NCBI GenBank assembly: GCA_963529335.1
Contig: CAURZF010000002.1
Location: 38,339 to 102,338 of the forward strand
DNA length: 64,000 nucleotides
Reading direction: 5' to 3'
Origin: an uncultured Candidatus Saccharibacteria bacterium
GTDB lineage: Bacteria > Patescibacteriota > Saccharimonadia > Saccharimonadales > Saccharimonadaceae
Position numbers and translations under genes: made by a program
Notes under the pieces: model-generated
What the model was told of the DNA's origin: nothing
Database searches by the model: none
The model's input: the letters and a program-made list of their open reading frames with translations, nothing else
Shown: one piece after another, positions 53,516 to 62,893 of the stretch
Layout of the letters: each line of letters opens with the position of its first letter
Numbering within the stretch: position 1 is the first letter of the stretch

Positions 53516-54214
53516 TTGCCCGCCAGCTTCCTCATACCCAAATGCCCCCATCAGAATACGCTCCCTAATTCCACTATACGGCATGATAATTCGATTCCCA
53601 GCGGCGTCAGTTAGCGCAATAAACTGATTATCCTTAGAATCCTCGCCTGCTCCAGGAAAAGTTATGGTCTCTTTAGTGTATAAACCTATTCCACGCGCTC
53701 GTCTTTCAATATCAGCAGGGTCGCTCAATTCATCGCCCCTAGACAACACTAGTCCTACATTTGCAAGCGATCCCGTAGCTAGCACCTCAGAAAAACCAGC
53801 CGATTTCAACAATCTTTTACTATCAGCTGTCATACTGATCACATCTGGTACGGTTAACCCCATATCGCGGGCAACCGCACCGTAATATAGCGATCGTACA
53901 AAATCTATATCACCTTGCCCATCTTCATTCCCAACACCTTCTCCGAGAACCGTTTTTCTTAAATGACTCTCCAGGGCTGGATGCTGGCAATTAGTTAATC
54001 TATTATCCGCTAAAAATACCGTTACATCTAGACTGTCTACCCCACCCTTAGCCCTAATATGTCCTCCGCCAACATTTACAACTTGCCACGGCTTTAGCGG
54101 CGGCAGACCTTCCGGTATTTTGTAAGTTTTAACAGGAGCAGCTACTGGCAACAAAGTTGTGCATAACAACTCGCCCGCAGCAGGCTCCGACGGTTTATCA
54201 ATTGACCTACTCAT
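53507..54214 (-). CDS. Hypothetical protein
   Basis: I moved the start to the ATG at 54212-54214 (MSRSIDKPSE...), because TTGACG (54249-54244), 17 nt, TATAAT (54226-54221), 6 nt, ATG fits the leaderless pattern. The track's ATG lies inside the promoter spacer. I recognised no motif. Confidence 0.65.
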   Translation of the reverse strand: MSRSIDKPSEPAAGELLCTTLLPVAAPVKTYKIPEGLPPLKPWQVVNVGGGHIRAKGGVDSLDVTVFLADNRLTNCQHPALESHLRKTVLGEGVGNEDGQGDIDFVRSLYYGAVARDMGLTVPDVISMTADSKRLLKSAGFSEVLATGSLANVGLVLSRGDELSDPADIERRARGIGLYTKETITFPGAGEDSKDNQFIALTDAAGNRIIMPYSGIRERILMGAFGYEEAGGQEK

Positions 54215-54272
54215 CTTTTTATTATACATTAAAACGCTTATTTCGTCAATATATGCTATAATTTTATAAGCT

Positions 54273-55343
54273 ATGGCAAAGATTTCTCTCGATTTAGACG
54301 CTTTGAAAGCCGAACGCTCTCGCCTCGGCGATTTTTTGGCGCAGCCTGATGCCTACAATTCACCGGATTTTACTGCCAACAACAAACGTTTCGCCGAGCT
54401 AGAAACCATTATCGCTACCGCTAGCGAACGCGATACTGTAGAAAAACAGCTAGCGGAGGCAAAAAATCTAGCCCAGGGCAACGATGAATTAGCCGAACTA
54501 GCCAAAGCAGAGATTCCCGAGGACGAAGCTAAAATTGCCGAACTCGACGATAAGTTATTCATATTACTAACGCCCAAAGACCCGAACGACGAGAAAAACA
54601 TCATCATCGAGATCCGCGCTGGCGCTGGCGGCGACGAAGCCTCATTGTTCGCGGCAGAACTATACCGCATGTACTTGCGCTGGTGCGAAGCCAATGGCTA
54701 TAAAACCGAGCTTATCAGCGAGTCCGCTAACGATTCCGGCGGGTACAAAGAAGTCATTTTCATGGTCAAGGGCGACGCGCCATATGCCAAATTGAAATTT
54801 GAAGGCGGCGTCCACCGCGTCCAACGCGTCCCAGTTACCGAAAGTCAAGGCCGTATTCATACCAGCACTGCCACTGTCGCCGTCTTACCCGAAGCCGAAG
54901 AAACTGATGTTGAAATCAACCCGAACGACCTGCGCGTCGATATTTACCGCTCCAGCGGCCATGGCGGCCAGAGCGTCAACACCACCGACTCGGCGGTGCG
55001 CATTACTCATCTGCCAACTGGCATCATGGTTACTAACCAAGACGAGAAGTCGCAGATCAAGAACCGCGAAAAAGCCATGAGTGTGCTGCGTTCGCGGCTG
55101 CTGCAGATGAAAATTGACGAAGAAAACGCCAAATTAAGCGCTGAACGGCGTTCGCTAGTCGGCACTGGCGACCGCTCAGAGAAGATTCGCACCTATAACT
55201 TCCCGCAAGACCGCATCACCGACCACCGCATTCACTACAACCGCAGCAACATCCCCGCGGCAATGAACGGAGACATCAACGATTTGATTGAACAGCTGCA
55301 AGCTTACGAACGAGAGTTAAAAGCGCAAAACGCCGACCAGTAA
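54273..55343 (+). CDS. prfA: Peptide chain release factor 1
   Basis: PxT-type tripeptide region ([14 protein letters not shown]) and GGQ motif ([23 protein letters not shown]). TGcTATAAT lies 10 nt upstream. Confidence 0.95.
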   Translation: MAKISLDLDALKAERSRLGDFLAQPDAYNSPDFTANNKRFAELETIIATASERDTVEKQLAEAKNLAQGNDELAELAKAEIPEDEAKIAELDDKLFILLTPKDPNDEKNIIIEIRAGAGGDEASLFAAELYRMYLRWCEANGYKTELISESANDSGGYKEVIFMVKGDAPYAKLKFEGGVHRVQRVPVTESQGRIHTSTATVAVLPEAEETDVEINPNDLRVDIYRSSGHGGQSVNTTDSAVRITHLPTGIMVTNQDEKSQIKNREKAMSVLRSRLLQMKIDEENAKLSAERRSLVGTGDRSEKIRTYNFPQDRITDHRIHYNRSNIPAAMNGDINDLIEQLQAYERELKAQNADQ

Positions 55344-55388
55344 TAGTCTATCTATCACCCACCTCGCCCCTGATCATATTAATTTAGT

Positions 55389-55417
55389 TTGACCGCTACA
55401 AACTTGCATTTTATACT
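55389..55417 (+). promoter_or_regulatory. Leaderless promoter of prmC
   Basis: TTGACC (55389-94), 17 nt, TATACT (55412-17), 6 nt, ATG (55424). Confidence 0.65.
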
Positions 55418-55423
55418 ATTCGT

Positions 55424-56221
55424 ATGAATATATCGGCATGGCTCGATCACGCAATCAAACAATTACGAGAAATTGGCGTCGATTCTGCCAGGTTGGACGC
55501 AGAACTTATCTTGGCTAATACGCTGCGGAAAAATCGCACCTACCTGCACGCTCACCCCGAAGACGACATCGACCCGCGGCGTGTTGATATTGCTAATGCT
55601 CGGCTGCGCTTGCGGTTAGAACGCGTACCGCTTGCTTATATTTTAGGTTACCGCGATTTTTACGGCCGAAGATTTACAGTGTCGCCGCAAGTTTTAGTAC
55701 CTCGTCCAGAATCAGAAGCCATCATAGAACTGCTAAAAGAACTTGGTGTTTCTGGCAAGCTGCTAGATATCGGTACTGGCAGCGGCTGCTTGGGCATCAC
55801 CGCAAAATTAGAGATCCCGAAACTTAACGTAATTTTATCCGATATTAGCCAACCAGCTTTACACGTTGCCCGTCAAAATGCTGAAAAATTTCAAGCCGAC
55901 GTCGCTCTGATAAAAAGTAATTTGTTGCGCGCCATACCTGGTAAATTCGATATAATTATCGCTAATTTGCCATATGTCGACCGTTCGTGGCAGCGCTCGC
56001 CCGAGACTAATCATGAACCAGCATTAGCACTCTTCGCCAAAGACGAGGGTTTGGCGCTTATCTACCAACTTATAGACCAACTACCAGCACACTTAAGTCC
56101 TAGCGCCCTAATCTTTTTAGAAGCCGACCCGCGGCAGCACGGCGCAATAATAGCCTACGCTGGTTCGTGCCAGCTGCGGCATAAACTAACACGCGGCTTT
56201 ATCGTCGTACTGCAAGCATAA
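55424..56221 (+). CDS. prmC: Release factor glutamine N5-methyltransferase
   Basis: SAM motif LLDIGTGSGCLG and the NPPY-type motif as IIIANLPYV. It follows prfA, as in most bacteria. Confidence 0.9.
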   Translation: MNISAWLDHAIKQLREIGVDSARLDAELILANTLRKNRTYLHAHPEDDIDPRRVDIANARLRLRLERVPLAYILGYRDFYGRRFTVSPQVLVPRPESEAIIELLKELGVSGKLLDIGTGSGCLGITAKLEIPKLNVILSDISQPALHVARQNAEKFQADVALIKSNLLRAIPGKFDIIIANLPYVDRSWQRSPETNHEPALALFAKDEGLALIYQLIDQLPAHLSPSALIFLEADPRQHGAIIAYAGSCQLRHKLTRGFIVVLQA

Positions 56222-56225
56222 TTTA

Positions 56226-57425
56226 CTATTCTTGATAGGCCGCTAGCGTCGCTTTGATATTTATCGTTTTACCGCTGCGCATCACCGTCAAATCAATAGT
56301 ATCGCCCGGCTGATACTGCCCGAGAACGCTTGATAAATTACCTCGCGCGCCCAATTCAGTACCATTGACCTTGGTAATTATATCCTTGTCTTGAATACCG
56401 GCTTTAGCGGCCGGGCTGTTAGCAGTAACACCAATGTCCTCGCTGCGGCCGCCAGTCACGTACGCGCCATATTTTGATGGCAAACTATAATGCTTGGCTA
56501 TTTCCGGCGTGATATCCGTGTAATTGACGCCCAGATACGCTCGCTGCACGCCTTTGCCAGCCAAAACTTGCTGGATTGTACCTTTTGCTGCGTTAATCGG
56601 GATCGAAAAGCCAATTCCTTCAGCATTCGAAGCTACCGCTGTATTAATACCAATAACCTGCCCGCTGTAGTTAATTAACGGCCCGCCAGAATTGCCAGAA
56701 TTAATAGCCGTATCAGTCTGCAACATATCGGTCAGAGATTCCCGCGAGTTACCGCTGCTATCGCTCGCCGAGACCGCCCGGCCCTTACCAGAAATAATAC
56801 CTTTAGAGACGGTGTTCTGATACTGCCCTAGCGCATTACCGATAGCAATAACGTTCTGTCCGACTCGGGCTGTCGATGAGTCGCCTAGAGCTGCTGGTGT
56901 TAAATTGTTAACGTCTTTGATCTTTAAGTAAGCCAAATCATTCAACGGATCGGTACCAACTAGCGATACCGCGTCGTAAGTCGACCCGTCCGAGGCTACA
57001 ATCGTAACCGACTGCGCGCCTTCTACAACATGCTTATTAGTAAGAACGAAGCCGTCTTTACTGATAATAATACCTGTACCGGCCGCCTGCACCTGGCGGG
57101 AACCGCTAAATAGAGATTGCGACTTAGTATTGGTGACTATCGACACCACGCTTGGCGAAACTTTGTCAATAATATCAGAAACAGAAGCCTCCTTACTATC
57201 AGCCGCCAGATTACCGTCAACGAAAGTATTCAGAGAATTGCGGCCTCCTCGTATTAGCAGCGTACAAGTTATGCCGCCAGCCGCCAAAATAATCGCCGCA
57301 ATCACGATAGAGATCGCTAACCAAACCGTCTTCTTCTGGCAAGGTTTAGTAGACGCAACAACCCGAGGCGGCAGCGGCAGTGAGTCTGACGATCGCAGCG
57401 TAGCATTTTCCTGCTCATTATTCAT
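56226..57425 (-). CDS. htrA: HtrA/DegP-family serine protease with one PDZ domain
   Basis: Catalytic triad contexts (TNKHVV; DLAYLKI; GNSGGPLIN) and a C-terminal PDZ domain. It has an N-terminal TM anchor and a GAGGAGG SD. Confidence 0.9.
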   Translation of the reverse strand: MNNEQENATLRSSDSLPLPPRVVASTKPCQKKTVWLAISIVIAAIILAAGGITCTLLIRGGRNSLNTFVDGNLAADSKEASVSDIIDKVSPSVVSIVTNTKSQSLFSGSRQVQAAGTGIIISKDGFVLTNKHVVEGAQSVTIVASDGSTYDAVSLVGTDPLNDLAYLKIKDVNNLTPAALGDSSTARVGQNVIAIGNALGQYQNTVSKGIISGKGRAVSASDSSGNSRESLTDMLQTDTAINSGNSGGPLINYSGQVIGINTAVASNAEGIGFSIPINAAKGTIQQVLAGKGVQRAYLGVNYTDITPEIAKHYSLPSKYGAYVTGGRSEDIGVTANSPAAKAGIQDKDIITKVNGTELGARGNLSSVLGQYQPGDTIDLTVMRSGKTINIKATLAAYQE

Positions 57426-57518
57426 CAGAAACCTCCTCTATTCGATAATTTGATCATATCCATTATACTTACTATGCGCATACAGTCTTAAAGAATCCTT
57501 AAAAATCCGCTTAACGCC

Positions 57519-58298
57519 CTACAAAGCATCGCTGCCGCTCAAAACCGCAAAGATATACGCCACAACCATCGTCATCGCCGTTAATAATATCGGCATTGCA
57601 ATATCAGCGAAGCGAACTTCGCCGTGTTTATGATAGCTGCGCGCTGTCCGCTCGGCCACGAAACCCATCAATACTGCAAATATAGCGAACTGCGACACCT
57701 TGATAGCAGCCAAACCCGGAACAGTATAAGCAATCATCCAATAATACGAAATCCAGCCGAGTTCAGCGCACACTGTTGCTGCTGCTATCGCGTAAAGATT
57801 AGTGCTGATTCCCTCGTAGCGGCTAGCTACATGCCGCGCTGACGCATAAGCAATCACCCAAACAACTGCTACGAAATAAAACGAATCCCATGAATAAGCT
57901 GTCAACGACAGTGTCACTAGCCCCAAGAACAGCGCAATACCAGCCTGAATAACCGCGTACGTGTATTTTGAGCACTGCTTGATAAATAGCAGCCAGACAA
58001 TATGCAACGCTGTTAGCCCCAGCTGAAGTATCATGTACCCGCCCGACAGCCAAATTAACAGCGCAAAACTAACGCCAACTATAATATCCACCAAATTAGA
58101 CAAAACATTAGCCGCCCAAAAACGTGGCCTTACCGACAAAATCCGCCATTTACCAAGCGCCACCAGCAGCAAAGCAAAAATTGGCGAATTAGTTACATAA
58201 ATAGTTCCAAACACCGCCAGTGCCAGCAAAATATTAAGCGATGCATAAGCCAGCGAGCTTGCCTTAGAGCTATACTTATGCTTTTTTGTTGAACTCAT
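57519..58298 (-). CDS. Polytopic membrane protein of unknown function
   Basis: 259 aa with about 8 hydrophobic helices. TGGTATAAT lies 8 nt before the ATG. Confidence 0.7.
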   Translation of the reverse strand: MSSTKKHKYSSKASSLAYASLNILLALAVFGTIYVTNSPIFALLLVALGKWRILSVRPRFWAANVLSNLVDIIVGVSFALLIWLSGGYMILQLGLTALHIVWLLFIKQCSKYTYAVIQAGIALFLGLVTLSLTAYSWDSFYFVAVVWVIAYASARHVASRYEGISTNLYAIAAATVCAELGWISYYWMIAYTVPGLAAIKVSQFAIFAVLMGFVAERTARSYHKHGEVRFADIAMPILLTAMTMVVAYIFAVLSGSDAL

Positions 58299-58340
58299 AC
58301 CGCTTAATTATACCACCTTAGTATTGTTTCTATAACCCGC

Positions 58341-60011
58341 CTACTCGCCAGCATTCGGCTTGACTGCTATGATAATAACGTAGTCTACCTCTGCATTATA
58401 TTTGACGCCTGGCACGCTCTGTACCGCTTCTGGGGCAGCGCCGTAAAGCGACTGCAGTTTTACAGACGTAGCTGTCTTGGCGCGCGTTGAGACTTTATAT
58501 ATCTTGTTGCTAGAATACGAGCCGTTTTGCGGCGCATTACCGACAGTACTAACCGTCATGCCAAGCTCAGTTAATTTATCAGCTTGTTTTTGCGCCACGC
58601 CTGATACGCCAGTAGCATTAAGTACAACAACGTTAGCATTTTCTTTAGTGATATCTGTCGCATAGAGGTTTTTCTTAACGAAAGCCCGCAGCTGACTGTA
58701 GTCATACGTTCCGGCCGTCGGCACCACCGAACTAGCGCCACCGTACGTGCCAGTTGTCAAGATAGCCGGCTCGGCATCAATCAAGCTGACGCTTTTGATA
58801 TTATCGCTTTTGATGTCGTGTACTAGCTCGACCAGCGTACGTACTTCGCTCTTTTCGAAATTAGTTCGTAGATTCTTGCCAATCGCGTCGATAATACCAG
58901 AAATTTTAGTAAAATCTGCCAGCGTGCCGGCACTTAAGGCCTTGTCGCGAATAGCAACCATAATCTTTTGCTGGTTTTTTTCACGGTCGAAATTAGACTG
59001 TTCGAAACCGTACGTTGGCGCTCGGTCGCCGCGCGCCATCGCCAAATACAGCGCGTGCTCGGCATCTAATTCTACTTCACCGTTTGGATAGCTAATATAG
59101 TGGCCGCGCGGACAACGCTGAGACTTCTCGGCAGACGTCGTACCACACTTCCAGTCAAAATTACTATCCATCACACCATTCGGATTGCGGCTGTCAATGG
59201 TAATCTTGATACCGCCAAGCGCCCCCACCAAATCACGCATAACGCTATAATTCAAATGAACCGAATATTGCACATCAATACCAAATATATTGCCAACAAA
59301 AGCTCTGGTTGCCGTCTGACGCTCTTCCTCGGCGCTGTCGCTCGACCAATTATCGTTGACGCAGTTAAAATAAGCGTTAATCTTACCAGAATAACCCGCT
59401 TGGCAACTCTTACCATATTTGACGTATAAGTCTCGAGGCACGCTAATCATATAAGCATTCTTTTTGTTCTGATCAACACTAAGGATCATCATCGAGTCGG
59501 TTAGATATCCCGCTTCGTGACCAGCGTCATCTTCTGAAGTGCCAAGTATTAGAATATTGCTGCGACCATGAGCGTCTTGCTTGAGCGGTTTCTTCTGTAC
59601 GAAACCGAATATATCGCCCTTAAAAACAGCATTGCCTGCCATCAAAGCCCGTACCCCCAGGAAAATACCAATACCAAGTACAATAACAGTTATTGCGATT
59701 GCCGCACGCTTGGCGATTTTTTTCCAATCGCGCTTTTTTTGGCCATTTTTTGGCACGCCTTTGCCAGAATGTTTGGATGAAGATAAATCAAGATTATTAC
59801 TAATCTCGCGTAAAGACTCGTCAATATCGCTGCGAACACCTCTATTTGGCGCCGAAGTAATCGGCCGCGGCGGCAATTGCTGCTGGCGCCGTACAGACAC
59901 AGTATGTCCCATATCGCCAAAATTAACCGCTGGTTTTTTCTGGCTATCAACAGGCGCTCTGCGCACAGGAGTATTTCGCGGTACAAAACCGTCTATCGCT
60001 CGCTTCACCAT
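58341..60011 (-). CDS. LytR-CpsA-Psr (LCP) family cell-envelope phosphotransferase with C-terminal LytR_C-like domain
   Basis: TM anchor plus LCP core (NILILGTSEDD...TDSMMILSVD...ISVPRDLYV). TATAGT lies 8 nt before the ATG. Confidence 0.88.
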   Translation of the reverse strand: MVKRAIDGFVPRNTPVRRAPVDSQKKPAVNFGDMGHTVSVRRQQQLPPRPITSAPNRGVRSDIDESLREISNNLDLSSSKHSGKGVPKNGQKKRDWKKIAKRAAIAITVIVLGIGIFLGVRALMAGNAVFKGDIFGFVQKKPLKQDAHGRSNILILGTSEDDAGHEAGYLTDSMMILSVDQNKKNAYMISVPRDLYVKYGKSCQAGYSGKINAYFNCVNDNWSSDSAEEERQTATRAFVGNIFGIDVQYSVHLNYSVMRDLVGALGGIKITIDSRNPNGVMDSNFDWKCGTTSAEKSQRCPRGHYISYPNGEVELDAEHALYLAMARGDRAPTYGFEQSNFDREKNQQKIMVAIRDKALSAGTLADFTKISGIIDAIGKNLRTNFEKSEVRTLVELVHDIKSDNIKSVSLIDAEPAILTTGTYGGASSVVPTAGTYDYSQLRAFVKKNLYATDITKENANVVVLNATGVSGVAQKQADKLTELGMTVSTVGNAPQNGSYSSNKIYKVSTRAKTATSVKLQSLYGAAPEAVQSVPGVKYNAEVDYVIIIAVKPNAGE

Positions 60012-60095
60012 ATCTATGTACTATAAAGGATTTTAGCTAAAAAATAAATATCACGCTTATTGTTTCGTTGGTTTTTACAGCGTATAATACGTGTA

Positions 60096-60704
60096 ATGGA
60101 AGCCAGCTATCTCACCCGCCATCCGCGTCTTCGAGATTTTCTAAGTTTTAGCGGATTTGTTATTGCAGTGCTAATTGGCACTTTGTTATTAAATGCTTAC
60201 GTTTTTCGCAGTTTTTCCGTCTCTGGACACAGCATGGATAACACTCTCGCCGACGGCGACCGGTTAATTATTAACCGAATACCTGTAACCATGGCGCAGA
60301 TACAAAATAAACCGTATTTGCCAGAACGCGGAAAGATTGTTGTTTTTGTCAATCCCGTCTATAGGCCTGGAGCGCCAGATCGCTACATCATCAAACGCGT
60401 AATTGCCTTCCCCGGCGAACGCGTCGTTGTCAAGGACGGCGTGCTAACAGTTTACAATAATAAATATCCCGAAGGCTTTCATCCAGACGACAGCACGCGC
60501 AAAAACAACGTCGGTCCAAAATCGCCAACTAGCCACAGCGGCAAATGGACAGTTCCAGAGGGTTCTATTTTCGTAGCGGGCGATAATCGAGTCGGCGACA
60601 ACTCATTCGACTCGCGTAGCGGACTGGGTTTCATCCCAACTTATGATATTGTCGGACCAGTAGCTTTGCGGATTTTTCCGTTAGGCAATATAGACTCGTT
60701 TTAA
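60096..60704 (+). CDS. lepB: Signal peptidase I
   Basis: Catalytic Ser in SGHSMDNTL, the Lys box KRVIAFPGERV, and GDNRVGDNSFDSR. I moved the start to the ATG at 60096: TTGTTT (60060-65), 17 nt, TATAAT (60083-88), 7 nt, ATG. Confidence 0.9.
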   Translation: MEASYLTRHPRLRDFLSFSGFVIAVLIGTLLLNAYVFRSFSVSGHSMDNTLADGDRLIINRIPVTMAQIQNKPYLPERGKIVVFVNPVYRPGAPDRYIIKRVIAFPGERVVVKDGVLTVYNNKYPEGFHPDDSTRKNNVGPKSPTSHSGKWTVPEGSIFVAGDNRVGDNSFDSRSGLGFIPTYDIVGPVALRIFPLGNIDSF

Positions 60705-60779
60705 GTTTAAGGTTACAAACTAGCAGCCTAAAAATTCAATATGTAATTTTTACAACGTTAGATTAGTACAATTCGGAGG

Positions 60780-61670
60780 TTATTCACCCAACAACTTGGC
60801 AATTCGCTCGAAATCTGCTTGATCTTTGAATGAAATAATAATCCGTCCGGCACCTTTTCGAGTCTCTTTGACAGCAACTGGCGTTCCGAAACGCTTGGCA
60901 AAAGATTCCTCTTCGCGAATAAATCTCGAGCTGCGGACGGCTTTTCTACCTTTAGTCGATGTTGTGCCATGCAACTTTTTATAATTCGAGACATAGTGCT
61001 CAATCGTCCGCGCGCTCCATTGCTCTTTTATAATTCTCGGAACAACCCGCAAAATTTCTTCTTCTGGCAAGCTCGTCAGCGACCGCGCCTGGCCTTCACT
61101 TAGTTCGCCGCGCGCTACTACATCGCGCACCGCCCCCGGTAAACGCAACAGCCGCATTGTGTTAGCAATTGCCGCCGACGTTTTACCGACACGCTTACCA
61201 ATATCATCTAAAGTCAGATTAAATTGATCGCGCAGCTTTAAATACGCCGTCGCTGTTTCTAGCGGATTAAGGTCGCGGCGCTGGATATTCTCAATCAGAG
61301 ACAGTTCTAACCGATGCTGGCCCGATAGCGTCCGCACCAGCGCTGGAATACGATCAAGCTTCGCCAGCTTAGAAGCCCGGAAACGGCGTTCGCCAGCCAC
61401 AATCATATAGCCGTCGCCATGCGGCCGCACCACTACTGGCTGCAATACGCCATGCTCCTTGATCGATTTACTCAATTCAACCAACGCATCGTCGTCAAAT
61501 TCGCGGCGCGGCTGATCTGGATCGGGCATAATCGACGCTAATTTAATATAGCGCAAATCGCTAACGCGTTCATCTTGCTCGGCCGTCGGATCGAACGACT
61601 CGTCTAGCAGCTCTGTCGGAATGAGCGAGTCAAAACCTCGCCCTAGGCCCTTTTTAGCCGGCACGCTCAA
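60780..61670 (-). CDS. parB: Chromosome partitioning protein ParB/Spo0J
   Basis: ParB box (GVLQPVVVRP...YMIVAGERRFRA) and an HTH (LTLDDIGKRVGKTSAAIANTMRLLRL). It overlaps parA by 17 nt. Confidence 0.93.
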   Translation of the reverse strand: MSVPAKKGLGRGFDSLIPTELLDESFDPTAEQDERVSDLRYIKLASIMPDPDQPRREFDDDALVELSKSIKEHGVLQPVVVRPHGDGYMIVAGERRFRASKLAKLDRIPALVRTLSGQHRLELSLIENIQRRDLNPLETATAYLKLRDQFNLTLDDIGKRVGKTSAAIANTMRLLRLPGAVRDVVARGELSEGQARSLTSLPEEEILRVVPRIIKEQWSARTIEHYVSNYKKLHGTTSTKGRKAVRSSRFIREEESFAKRFGTPVAVKETRKGAGRIIISFKDQADFERIAKLLGE

Positions 61671-62418
61671 TCACCTCCTTGGCTAGCGCTTTATAAGCGC
61701 GAGCGCCTTTACTAAACCTATCATACGCGCCAATTGGCAAGCCGTGGCTCGGTGCCTCGGCCAAGCGGACATTGCGCGGAATCTTCGTTTTGAACACTTT
61801 AGCTGGAAAATGCTTAGAAATCTCGTCTAACACTTGCGTCGACAGTGATGTGCGGTTATCAACCATTGTCGGCAACACACCTACCAAATCAAGCGTTGGA
61901 TTGAGATTTTTGCGCACTAGTTTCATCGTTTCCAGTAACTGGCCTAGGCCCTCTAATGCATAGAATTCTGCTTGTACCGGCAGCAAAACATACTGAGCGG
62001 CAATTAACGCATTAACTGTCAACAAACTCAAACTCGGCGGACAATCAATGATAATGTAATCGTAATCTATGGTGCAAGCCTTGATAGCATATTTCAGGCG
62101 GCTGAAACGATAATCAGTCTGAGCCAGCTCTACTTCGGTATTAGCTAGGGTTGGCACAGCAGGCACCAACGATAGGTTATCAAACTCGGTTGGAACCGTT
62201 ACTTCTACTAATTTTTTACGGCCGAGAATAGCATCAGCAATAGTTACTTCTAAGCTCTGCTTATCAATACCTAAGCCGCTAGTTGCATTGCCCTGCGGAT
62301 CGAAATCAATCAATAGAGTCCGCTTGCCCATCTTTGCCAGATAGTAAGCCAGATTGATTGACGTTGTTGTCTTGCCAACGCCGCCTTTCTGATTGGTAAC
62401 CGTTATGATAGATGCCAC
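61654..62418 (-). CDS. parA: Chromosome partitioning ATPase ParA/Soj
   Basis: Deviant Walker A NQKGGVGKTTT and the DCPPSL motif. GTG start. Confidence 0.95.
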   Translation of the reverse strand: MASIITVTNQKGGVGKTTTSINLAYYLAKMGKRTLLIDFDPQGNATSGLGIDKQSLEVTIADAILGRKKLVEVTVPTEFDNLSLVPAVPTLANTEVELAQTDYRFSRLKYAIKACTIDYDYIIIDCPPSLSLLTVNALIAAQYVLLPVQAEFYALEGLGQLLETMKLVRKNLNPTLDLVGVLPTMVDNRTSLSTQVLDEISKHFPAKVFKTKIPRNVRLAEAPSHGLPIGAYDRFSKGARAYKALAKEVIERAG

Positions 62419-62469
62419 TGTTTATCTGCCCTCTCTGCTTACGTTTAATTATACCACAAACATCTAGTA

Positions 62470-62507
62470 AATATGAAATTGCCCCGCTTCAGAGAACAGG
62501 GCAATTT
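62470..62507 (-). terminator. Intrinsic terminator after rplU
   Basis: On the minus strand, AAATTGCCC-14 nt-GGGCAATTT is followed by CATATTT. Confidence 0.6.
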
Positions 62508-62523
62508 ATTAAGTTTGTGTCTA

Positions 62524-62829
62524 TTATTTAATCGACGTAATCTCGATCCGGCTATATTTTTGACGATGACCGTTTTCTTTGTGAACGCGTTTCTTACTCT
62601 TGTAGCGAATGACGCGAATCTTGTCGCCCTTGACCTCCGCCTCAACGACTTTCGCCTTTACTACCGCGCCTTTTACCGTTGGCGTGCCAACTTTTGTTTT
62701 ATCACCATCAATCACTAAAAGTGCGTCGAGAGTGAGTTCTTTTGTGCCTTCAGGGAGGAGATCCACCAAGAGGGACTCTTTTTCGCTGACAATGTATTGC
62801 TTGCCAGAGATTTTTACGACTGCTTTCAT
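62524..62829 (-). CDS. rplU: 50S ribosomal protein L21
   Basis: MKAVVKISGKQYIVSEKESLLVD ... IRVIRYKSKKRVHKENGHRQKYSRIEI. I moved the start to the ATG at 62827-62829, with an AAGGAA SD. Confidence 0.92.
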   Translation of the reverse strand: MKAVVKISGKQYIVSEKESLLVDLLPEGTKELTLDALLVIDGDKTKVGTPTVKGAVVKAKVVEAEVKGDKIRVIRYKSKKRVHKENGHRQKYSRIEITSIK

Positions 62830-62893
62830 TTCGTTCCTTAAAATATATTTACTATCAGTGACCAATTATAACAGAGACAGACGATACATGCAA

